From Podarcis gaigeae (Eukaryota): a DNA stretch of 64,000 nt. Location of the stretch: the NCBI GenBank assembly GCA_964106915.2, contig OZ066922.1. One strand, 5' to 3'. The stretch's first letter is position 1, and the number at the start of each line of letters is the position of its first letter. Both the position numbers and the translations under genes were made by a program. Under the pieces are notes generated by a model. It had not been told where the DNA came from, did no database searches, and saw only the letters and a program-made list of their open reading frames with translations. Shown one piece after another: positions 26,101-38,100 of this stretch.

Positions 26101-29100
26101 TCTTTTCCAAACCTTCTGGCAACTGTGGAAACTCATTGGTTTCTACAGGTGTCTGATTTACACTTGTGGGTGTTTTTTCTGCAGGCATTGGTGTTGCAAT
26201 ATCTTCTTTTGTAGGCTGGGCACTATTTTTTTTTTTTTTTAAAAAGAATACCAATTACTAGATATTAAAAACATTGTAACATATGAGCTTGAGCATGCAA
26301 ATTTAGTTCACCCTAGCATGCGAATCAAGCCTCCAAATAGACACATATATCAACTGCGATACTCACACTACAGTTGGCTGTCTGATGAGGTCAGAGATTT
26401 GTTTCGAGAGCTGATGAGAGCTGCGTACCATCATGCTGTGCAGTGTAGCTGGATGCTGAGGAATGTTGATGCTAATAGCCCCTACTTTGAAGACTGCAGC
26501 ATTGTTTGTTTTCAGCCCCCTTTGGGCACTATAAAGAGCCTGCGATTTGGCAATGCTACATTTCACCACAGTTCTAAGAAGAAGAAGAAACTTGTTTACA
26601 TGTTTTAAAATACAAAGCAGCTCTAGTGAATCATCTTGCATCCTCAGTAAAATTTATCAGCAATTCACACTGTAACCCTATCCTCACTTACCTAAGAGTA
26701 AACTCCACTGAACTAAATGGGGCTTACTTCAGGGTAGAGGTGTATATGATTGCATAGTTGCAGAGACTAATTGTCAAATCTCATATTACATGGGAGATTC
26801 CCATTCCAGGAACCTAAACTGAAGCTGACAATTGTGGCTAGAAACCAGCAAAGAACGACCGCAAATTAAGCATGACTACTGTCAACTGATGCAGTCATTT
26901 GCTTTAATGACATGCATGGGCATATGCAGCAAAATAATTCCAATCATTTAAAAAAGCAACACCACACTCTGGGCAAAAAGACAACACAGACAGACCACCA
27001 TGCAAATCTCCCAGTAAAGGATTTTACTTTTACTGTTTAAGAAGATAACCTTTCCAACAGCTAATGCCAAACAGACAAATAGATTACCTAATAAGAACAC
27101 TGAAATATATCTTTTCCCACTAAAATGCAAGCTTCAGTGAAAACTTTGTAGCTATTTTATGTTTCTGAAGTAAGCAGAAAAAGAGCAAATGCAATATATT
27201 TTAAATAGAAAAACAAAGAAAACTTGAAACACAGTTATTTCATCACATTTGACTGACATGTATGAATGACCAATACTACTCGTACCATATCTGTACTTTA
27301 AATATCCTTTCCAATTTTCTTGGGGATCAAGAAGCCAACATTTCATACTTTCAAGCAAGACATAAGTATACAAATTGTTATCTATCAAAATAAGATTCTA
27401 ATTATTGGCTCCGGCAAGGAGAAATTTCCCCTATACTTGCCTATCAAAACCTGCAGCAAAAACCTGCAGCCAAAACCTAATACTCTCACAAGCCTTGTGA
27501 ACTGCAATCATTATACAGAAAAAATTGTGAAACATTTCATTGAGATTTACTACTTTTGTGAATGTGGTTTAGAAATGCAGCCTTAATTGAAATACTTGAT
27601 CTTAAATGGTCTTGAGACCAATTGCTTAGATCAAAGGTGGTGAATCTCTTGCCTCTGGGTCTATTTAGATCCACCGGATCGCCTCATTTGACCCTGTGAG
27701 GCTGTTTTGGCCAAGCTGTGCCACCTGCTGCACACCTGTCATTTTATATGATGCCACGTGAGGGGCAGGTAAAGGAAGAAATTGGACAAAAGAGGTTTTT
27801 CAGGCACCTACAAAGCTCTTCCCCCAGTTCTTGCCCAGTGATCAATTAGCCCTGTGCTTAGCACTTCCCAAGTGTCAGGCACAGGGCTTGCAAAGGCCAT
27901 TACATCACTTTCCAAGCAACCAACCATTAGCTGTCAAGTGATTGGGAAGCACTGCACAAAGGGCATTGGAAGCTTTCTCTGGAAAGAAAAAAACACATTC
28001 TGTTTTGAAAATGAATTTCTTTTCTTTCCAAAGGAAGCAGTATGTATTCAAAGTGCTGGAGAAATTTGAACATTTTTTCTTTCATTCCAGAGAAGCAGTT
28101 ATTGTGGAAACTGCTTTGAATACAAACTGCTTTCTCTGCAGATGGAAAATGCTCCAGTTTCAAAGGGCCTTTTGGAAGCCACCCCCCTCTGCGCCAATTA
28201 GCTGACTGGTGGAGCTGAAAGCACATCTTCAAAGGAAGTTGCTTTATCTATCAGCTGATCACTGATGACTGGTGACCTCCTTTGGACTTGGACAAGTGCC
28301 AATCAACTATCATCATTACTGATTTCAGCTGATCAACAGGTAAGTGGTCCCACTGACCTGTCAAATTTGGCCTATGAAGGGTGGGGTAAGGTAAGGCTCT
28401 AGCTTGCCAGCTGGATCCAGTTTGCCCACCCCAGTTTGCCCACTCTTTCCATCAGTGGCGGAGCATATGCCAGCGCTGCCCAGGACGGGGCACGCTCCCG
28501 AGGAGGGGCGGGGCACGTAGGGTGCCCTCCCAGGTGTAGGATGGCTGCTTGGGTGCATGGAGTGGCGTGCACACCTTGCAGCCAGGGGCGGAGCGAGCCG
28601 CCAATGGTGGACATTTGGCGCACTGCCCGCCCACGACTGCCAAATGTTACCCCCCTCAGTGAAGACACCCAGGTCGGTCCACCCCCACCACACACCCCTT
28701 CCTCTGCCCCTGCTTTCCATACGCTGCTTTCATAAGCCAAATATCCAAAATTCATAAGCCGAAATATCTCACACAAAGCTGCTCTGAATCATTCTTTGTG
28801 TGAGTTATATTGTCCGAAAGAAGAGTTCAATTTCACCTTGGTGATATCCATCAGTTCCTGAGGTAACCTGGACCTAATGCTTTTTCTTTATTTCTATGCA
28901 ACATTCAGAGTTTTCATGACAGGTTTTTAGAATAAAGTTTAATTGCACAATCACAAGTTATTTGGTTTGTCAACTTCCTTGACTCATGTAGCAGAGACCT
29001 AAGCAGAAGAGATAAATATCTAAGTCAGGCTTCCTCAACCTCGGCCCTCCAGATGTTTTTGGCCTACAACTCCCATGATCCCTAGCTAGTCGGACCAGTG

Positions 29101-32100
29101 GTCAGGGATGATGGGAATTGTAGTCTCAAAACATCTGGAGGGCTGAGGTTGAGGAAGCCTGATCTAAGTCTACAAAACCACAGTTTAGGCTTCTGCCACT
29201 TGAGGTGTGTTTGTGTATGTGTGCATTGCAAAATCTAGTACCTTCAAAGCACAGCACAACTGTGGGGATGAAACCCAGCCCACCTATCCAGCTTCAATAT
29301 TAAAAAAAGGGCTGCATCTTGTTATTCTTACTAGAGGGAGGCATCCACGTAAAAAGGAAAATTGTAGAATCTGGAAGCACGGAGTCTCTAACTCACATAC
29401 TGAGTTGCCTTTACACTTTTATTTCTAAAAGTTGAGGTGAGCCCACCCACCCATTGTTGAATACATAAAGTCATTACTGACATGTTAGCAGCTTGCATAA
29501 CTTAGTGGAAAACTGTACGGTAAGATATAAAATCAATCTAATTTACCTGGGTTATCCTCATAGAACTGTCTGACATATTACAGTCTATATTAGTGACTCT
29601 AGATAAATAGTTTGTGATTAGGGAAGAAAACCCTGTTTCAAAACTAATTTATGTTATTGAGTAAAAATACTTAACCCAGAGCTTTTCTAATATAGGCTGA
29701 TCAATATAATATATCAATTCTATTTCATGTTAATTACAATTAAGGTGCAGCTGGTTACATTAAACACACAAAAACACATCTCAGCTACACTACACACAGT
29801 GTTAACTGCAAGCCATTTAAACATAATGTGACATACAGAAATTCTTGTTTGGCTGTGCTTGTTGGTGATGTAGGGAAATCCTCCAGTCTACGAGTGAAGA
29901 TTGGAAGAAAGCAAAACAAAAACAAAGCAAAATAAAGAACAGTCATGCAGAAGAATTAGTCATATTTGTAACCCACAATAAGACCAATTGTCTGAAAACA
30001 CTATTTTTTTAAGCAATGGCGTTTTGCAAGCATGGGGGAATCCAAGGAATCCTCAGCAAACCCATTCATTTCAGTGCAGATAACATTTCTGCCTGTACCA
30101 ATAGGGTATGTGCAGAGCTGTTCCTGCCCCAGTTGGGAATAAGGAAGTCAACTCATGCAAGAGTCTCTTGGTTCCATTGGAGCACATACTATACTGTCAG
30201 CAGAAGCAACAACTACACTTTGAACCAACTTTTAATTGCTTCTTGTGAAAAACTTCAACTATCCTTCACGACAAGACAAACTTTGCTTGCCTATATTAAA
30301 TTCATATTTATCTACAAATTATTGGGACTAATACAGATTCTAAAAGTGTGTTGGTGATGAAAATGCTGCCAAAAAATAAAGAGTACTATTTCATATAGTA
30401 CATAAATCAGAGGGAAATAGTTTGTAGTGTCTTGCTATTTTAGTTTAAATGCTCAAGTGTATGACAATATCATGCAATTACAAGTGTGTGACTATTAGAA
30501 ATGTGAATGTATTAGGAAAATCATTCAAGATGCTCATGCAGAAAAGGTGGGTAGATTTGTTTTAAACACCCAAGCGCAAATATAAAAGTGAAACAATAGG
30601 GCCACACTTAAAGTTCAGATTGTCTTATAAGATGCAACTATAAAGAATTAAAAACTATAAAGCATTTAAAAAAACAAATTGCTGTTCTAAGAATTACTGT
30701 ACACAGTGGCTCTGTCAAGATAGAATAATATGAAAGGATATTGAAACTAAGTACAAAAATTTACATAAGTCATTTCATATAAATATACATATATAATAGA
30801 ATCACAGAATTGTAGGATTGGAAGGGACCCCAAGGGTAATCTAGTCCAACCTCCAGCAATGCTGCAATGTCATTTTCATCCAGTCACAAAAAACTGTACA
30901 GAATTCAAATAGTTATAATAATGACAATAATAATAAAATGAACAGTGGTATAAAAGAAATGGGATTGGGGATAGTTTGAAACTGATAAAAGCTTTTTGGT
31001 CAAATATATGCCAGAAAATAGGTCAAAGGGTAAGATACTCAGGGAGATCCTTTTAGGTTTATAAAAGGTGGCTGGTTTGACACACTTCAATGATGATGCA
31101 AAATCTGCTGAAACAAAACAGTCTTGACTACGGAAAATATTCTGTCCATTTTCTACTACGAACTGGCTGCTCAGAAATACTGTGCAATGTTAGAAATATT
31201 TAATTTTAGTCATCTCAGATTATTATATTTTATGCAGTTGTATCTAAATGCTTGAAGCCTGACAGAAGAGTACACAAAGGCATTTCTTTCTCATCACTTT
31301 GTCAGTTTCAGCTTACTTACATATGACAGCTCCTTGTAATCCAATCACATAAAAGCCTTAAAAGAGCAGGACGGGCTATAATGGAGGCATAACTGCTGTT
31401 TAGAGAATATGTATCACTTTTTAAATTGTACACTCACTGGATATTTGGTGTGATCCCTTCCAGAAGGACAATATTAACACCACCTATATGAGCAGTAGCA
31501 CATGTCTCGGTCATCTTTTGATGCAGTACATCTTCAAACAGAAAAAAACAACAACACAAATGCGTTTGATGTAGTACAAAAATATGTATTTCCTGCATGC
31601 ATATTTGTGTTTGAGGGGCAACAGGCAAAGCATAACAAAGATGCTGTTAAATTTTAATTCTAGAACAGGGGTTGTCAACAGGGGTGTGCATGTGGTCGCA
31701 GAGGGCTTTTCCTGTAGCCCACAGGGGTCCCTGACCCCACTGAAATTTGGCTTGAAAGATGCATTCTGCTGTAACCAATAGGGCAGGCTGCTGTGTTTGA
31801 TTGCAGGGTGTGTGTTGTGCCGGTAAGAGTTTCTTCAGTCTGCAAATGTGCCCATGGGCCCCAAAAAGTTGGCAACTCCTGTGCTAGAAGATATTTATCG
31901 TTATCACTGTGGTAAAAGCTAAACCACCTGGAAATAATTTTACTACCACAGTGGCATGCTATGAACATTTTAATTTAAATAAATATTTTATGCTGATTTA
32001 ATTTGATTTTTCTACTCACTTAAGTTTGGCTGGGAATTTTCTCTCTCTCTCTCTGTTACTGTGTATTTCAGTAGCAAAAGCAGGATTATCAAAAACAATC

Positions 32101-35100
32101 CGATTATATCACACACACCTGGCAAATATTATATATAAATTCGACAAAACAAGTATGTTTCTACAAATAATTCTTCTACCTTTCATTTTTTCTTTGAGTG
32201 TAAAACTGCCGTGGATTCTCTTCAGTTCTGATTCCATCGTTAGCCCACCAATATCTGCTTCAAGATGTGTGCGGTTTACCATGCCTATTCCAAAGACTAT
32301 CAGGGTCACATGCTGCGGTTCTGATGTGACCAAACTGCGCTTCCTCTGTGTTCTACTTAAGCTGCTGTTATCCTGCTCATTTTCAAATGCAACCCTACAC
32401 GCAGGTTCAGTAGGGCTCCGAACACCTACAAGAAAATGCATCAGATCAGGAAGTATTTAGGCAAAATTGACAAGACCAGAACCTACAATTACTTTATTCA
32501 TCAAAAGATTCACATGCTACACTTACGTATAAATGCTGTCAGGGCAGTTACTGAAGTAATACTCTGCTAAATTCAATACAGATATTATACACTGTAGTAA
32601 GGACTTGCCTATTAAGCCTGTATACATGTGAACTAAGAATTACGCATGTTCCGTATCTTCAAAAACTCTTACCTGCTGGATAAAACGTTTCAGAAGATTT
32701 TTCTAAAATCCCTGTTGGATCAGATATAAGAGAATAAAAGTTCAACAGTTTATACATATTTTGCCAGCACTCTGCAGAAGGTTCACTCTGCTCTGACACT
32801 GTAATTGAATCAGAGTCGTCCATATGAATGGTCACATGATCAACAACATCTTTTGAACCTTTCCTGGATACTTTAGAAGTTCTTCTTTCTGATCTCCCAA
32901 GTGAATTTTTGTTTCGAGATTCTCTTTTATTGTTTTCATTGTTCGATCGCTTGTTTTTTGCATTGTTCACTCTGTTGACACCATTGAGACTCCCGCGAGA
33001 GCTGCGACTGAAGTCAGAGGAACGGAAATCTCTGTGCTTGCGGGTTTTGAAGGTGGGCGTTGGAGAAGCTGAACCAGCCGTGTATCTGCTGAGTTTGATG
33101 TCTGTCTGCGTAGCTTTGATGTCATCTATCATGGTACTGAACTGATGAATAAGACGAACCAGCGCCATATCTACATGCTGGCTTATAGACTGACATGAGA
33201 TTGTAAAATTGCAATGGAAGGTGCTATAATGACGTTTGTTAAAGTCATGAAAAGCAAGGGCATTGGTGGAGTTTTGAGGTGTGCTCACTGACTTCTCCAT
33301 TATAACAGCACTGATGCTAAAAGTTTCCAACATTAACGCTGGTTTGAATTCAAGGGGAGGAAGATTGACTGCTCCTTGCCTAAGAAAGAAATACAAAATA
33401 CTGTTAAGATTCTGCAACAGCTAAATGTTAAAATCATTCTCTTTTTGAAGACTATCCCTTCATATATTTTGTTTAAGATATTAGGGAAGAGCCATAGTTC
33501 AGTGGAGGAGCAAATGTTTTGAATACAGAAGGTACCAGCTTCAATATCTGGCATCTTAAGGAAAGCCTGAACTCTGGAGAGCAATTATACATCAGTTTAG
33601 ACAATACTGAGCTAAATAGAACAATAGTCTAATTCAGTACAGTTGTACCTTGGGCTGACGAATGCCTTGCGACTTGAACGTTTTGGCTCCTGAACACCGC
33701 AAACCTGGAAGTGAGTGTTCCTGTTTGCGAACGTTCTTTGAAACCTGAACGTCTGAAGCGGCTTCTGCGGCTTCTGAACATTTTGGAAGTCAAACGGACT
33801 TCCGGAACGGATTCCGTTCGACTTCTGAGGTACGACTGTATACGTATACAAGTATCTATGTGATTGCTGACACCCTTCAACTCTTAACTAGCTGACACTT
33901 CAACTCTTAACTAGTTTTCAGTTTATAATTTCCTGAAAGTCTAGGATTAATTTATTTTTGAGTTGTTAAGAAAAAAGAAAGCAGATAGAATAGAATGAAG
34001 TAATTAAGCAATATCTTCATGCTCTTTAATGCTGAATGGATTTGTGTAACTTGACTACTATACCTTCGGGCTCTTTTGCTTCTCCTCTCTTTTGCTGTAT
34101 CTGAATCCACAATATCTGCCCTAAGGCAATCCAGAGTCCCTGAGAATGAAAGATGCTCTCCAAAGTACATCCTGTAGCACAGTGGCGCTGCATCCTGAGA
34201 CTGAATTCCTGTGTGGCTTAGAAGTGGTTTGAAAACAACCTATTAAAAATAGAAACAAGTTATTTCTTTAGAGCTATAAAAATTGCTCAACACCTGCAGA
34301 AAACATAGCTGCAATCTTAAAAGCACCTCTCATACTTTAAGCATTTCAAAATGACGGTATTATCGGAATAATATAGTGTTTTCAAATCAGTGTGTAGTCC
34401 AAATCAGAAAGAAAAACATACATTTGTAAAAACCAGGCTCAAGACACAAGTGCTCTCTGTTCCTCTCTTTCTTTGATGTGAATTCCCTCTCCATTCCATT
34501 TGGGTATAATATGGCAAAAAAACCTTCGTTTGAGCAGGACAAACCCCTCCCTCCCTGAACCAGGGAATTCCACCAGGTGTTGGTCCAGGATAGGCAAGTT
34601 CAAGAACATGGCAGTAACCTTGATAAAAAAAGCAGCCCCAATAAAATGGGTGGTTGCCCTGCCCATGAGGGTCCATGTTTTGAGTCAGCTTGGTGTAAGT
34701 GTCCATGAACCACATCTCCTGTATGATGTCTCTGTGCCACACAGCCACTCGCTCCAACTTAGTCTGTCACGAGGGTATGAATAATGCCACCTTTCAAGGA
34801 AGGATTAAGGAGGGGTTAAAGAAGAAAGGGGGCTCGCTACCTCGCTGCCATCAGAAAGAGCCTAGCACAAACAGTACCTGCCCTGCGCATCTGCCACTAC
34901 TGCAGGAGACCCAGCATCCAGGCATGAGAACTGGCTATTGCTGTGGCAACAGTGGGATTTGTGCCAGCAGTCACCCTCTCCCTCCTCCACCCTATTTTTG
35001 GACGAGGCCCCTGATGTTCAGTTTCTGTCCAGCTCCTCCTGAGGAAAATACCTGATAGTTAGGGGCCATAATCTCTCTCTCTTTCCCCATGCCCTTTTAA

Positions 35101-38100
35101 TCTGCAAACCCTGTGAGATAACTCCGCTACACCCCAGGGGTCTATAGCTCACGCAGTGGGAAGCACTGGTCTAGATCAATGCTGTCTATGTATGTGCACA
35201 GGTGCCTTCCATTCTCTGCTTAGGAGAGCTGCCAGACTCGCCTCAGTTCAGTGGCCTACTGCTCTCATGGCCCAATATCAGCAGTGTGTGATATGCCTTC
35301 AGTTATTCTGGGATGGCAAGATATAATTATTATTGATTTCAAAAGTTGTCATTTCATAACGAGATGCTGGAGAGACATCGCAAATTGAGTCAGAGAAAGA
35401 ATCTGGGGAAAAATGAAATACTGGAGCAGCTAAAATGTTACCATAATTGGACACTGGGGCAACTATTGTAGCTCCTTCTTTGGTTTCTTGGATAAGGAGT
35501 TTATCCTCCAGTTTTAAAGGCAAAACACTCACCTGGGCATCTGCAAGCTGAACTGCAGGAAATCCCTGGTTACCTTCCTCGATTCCAGCAATATCATCCT
35601 GACTCGTACTGTGCTGTGAATGTGTACCATCCAATGTGTTCTGATCACTGGACAATACTGTATTGAAGTCAGATGCTGACGGTATAGTCGGAAGATTTGG
35701 AGCTACCCCTACAAAATAGTTCCTGCGTTAATTATCCAGCAGCATACGCAGTGCTAAAATATGTAAAACTGTTTAGTTTACTGAGCAAGAGGAGAACTAA
35801 ATTCAAGTCAGGAAAGAGGGACATTTTAATGATACAGCACCAGTTTCAGCTGGCATATCACCTACTGCCAGAGGAGGAGGAACTGAAGTATGAAAATTAC
35901 CACCCGCAAGCTGTATTCCAGCTGGTGAAAATCAGATTTAAAAACTGTATCCTTTAGTGCCTGGAGTCTGTGCCACCTTTGTTTAGAAGGACAGCATGAT
36001 AAATGGCCTTAAGTCTCCAATCATTTGGCAAAGCAACACATATTGACACAAATATCAAGTGACCCTAAGGGTCCCTTTCCAACTCTACAATTCTAAGATT
36101 CTAATAACTGCTTTGTCTACACCCTTTTAGTTTTGAGAAGAATAATTAATAGCTGGCCTTTCTCCAGGAAATCAAATGCCTGAAGTTGCCATTCTGGTTT
36201 TTCACAACCCATGGCCTTGATAGCAACTTCATGTTCACAGATGGCATATCTCTGAAAACCAGATGTTGGGGAGCAAACAATGGGGGACGCCCTGCTAGTG
36301 GGTTTCTGGAAGAATCTAGTGAGCTCTGCTGGGAATGTAATACTGGACAGGATAAATCAGTATTCAATCCAGCAGGACTCTTAGAATCATAGAATTGTAG
36401 CATTGGAAGAGACTCTGAGAGTCATCTTGTCCAACCTTCTGAAATGAAGGAATCTCAACTAAAGCATCTATGACAGATGACCATCCAACCTCTGCTTTAA
36501 AACCTCAAATGAGAGTCCACAACCTTCCTGATGTTTAGCTGGAATCTCATTTATTGTAACTTAAAGCCACTGGGCTTGAGTCCCACCCTATGGGGCAGGA
36601 AAAAACAAGCTCGCTCCAACTTATGTTTCTACTTTTTCTGAATGTAGCAGCCCATGCAGCCTGAAATTTATCAGATTCAGTTAGCAACCAAAGAAGATTA
36701 TTTCTGAACAAACAGTCAGCTCCTTAAGTATTTCATAAGAACTGCATACAATAGTCAATATTCAAGCAAACACTGAATTTCAGATCAGTACCTGTTGGCA
36801 GACTATTGTGTGCAGATTTGGTGACGGGAGACTCTTGAACCACACTTCCTCTGTTGCCCACAGCATTTGACATCCAGTTATAGAAACTCACAGAAGATGG
36901 TTCCGATAATAAAGGATGTTCAGATAACATTTCAGAGGGCATGGTGTTCACTAGGATATAAAATAACAACTGACCACTTCATGTACCATAAAACGTGGGT
37001 TCTGAAGTTATACTTGTGATATATTTTTCAACTTCTGACAGACAGAAAAATATTTCAAAGCACACAGAGAATGTCAACTTGAAAGCTCTTGTTAAATAAA
37101 AATATCACAATTTGGGAATGAAGAGGAGGGAAGAAGTCATTTGCCCATACCTCTCACTGAGTTAACATTTAGCCATTTAGCTTCCCACCACAGGAGTATC
37201 TATTTATCTACTTGCATTGGCATACTTTTGAACTGCTAGGTTGGCAGAAGCTGGGACAGAGCAATGGAAGCTCACCCCGTCGTGTGGATTCAAACCGCCG
37301 ACCTTCCAATCGGCAAGCCCAAGAGGCTCAGTGGTTTTGACCACAGCACCACCTGCTCCCTATAACTAATAATAATTGATAATAATAAAAATACACACTA
37401 CTATCTCAACTATGCACAAACAGCAGACACAAAATTTAGACACCTGAGGAAGAGAGAAGGAAGAGAAAGAGTGGAATTCACTGTCCACTTTCAAGAAAAG
37501 ACAAGAATGAGGCTTCAGAGATAATGAGCGTGTCCTTTGAAACAACAGTGTTCCTGCCTTCAAGCACTCGTAGCGTACATCCCACCTGAGGACATCTTAC
37601 AATTGAGGAAATAACATCAACCTTAGTGTCTGGGCTATTGGAAGGCAACAAGTAGGGCAACATCAATTTTGTGAAATTAAGCTATCAGTCAACGCTTTCA
37701 CGGGCAGAACTGAACCATACTACAAGCATTCTGTACCTGCTCTTGTTAAAGAACTACTTTTAGGGGCTGCAGCACTTCTTTGAGGGGTCCCTTCCAAGAG
37801 ATTGTGTAGGCTAGGAAAGCTTCCTGTCAAGTAGCTGAGTAGGCTCTCTTTTCTTGGACTTTCTTTGGTAAGCAGCCCAGAACGACCAGCATGTACCGGA
37901 GAGTCTGTAGCTGTATCCCCACTAGTGTAGCTCAGGGAGTGATATGGATGGATACCCTGAAATGTAAACATAGGCATCGCAGTAAGTCTACCAACAGTCA
38001 GCTCCTGCACATGTTTGTTTATGTACAAGTCACACCAATAAGAACCAGAGGAAGCGTCAATTCCTGTAAATTGCAGCCCAAAGCATAGTTTAGATTGCAA

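Noticed and set aside
28361-28776. Several 60-125 aa ORFs and a CpG-rich patch suggesting a small gene or promoter
   Set aside because: Coincide with a hAT element bounded by a perfect 8-bp TSD (28453-28712).
32026-33145. Plus-strand ORFs overlapping exons (possible antisense gene)
   Set aside because: Shadow ORFs of BLTP1 coding exons; no independent splice or promoter structure seen. The same applies to most other plus-strand ORFs in the track.
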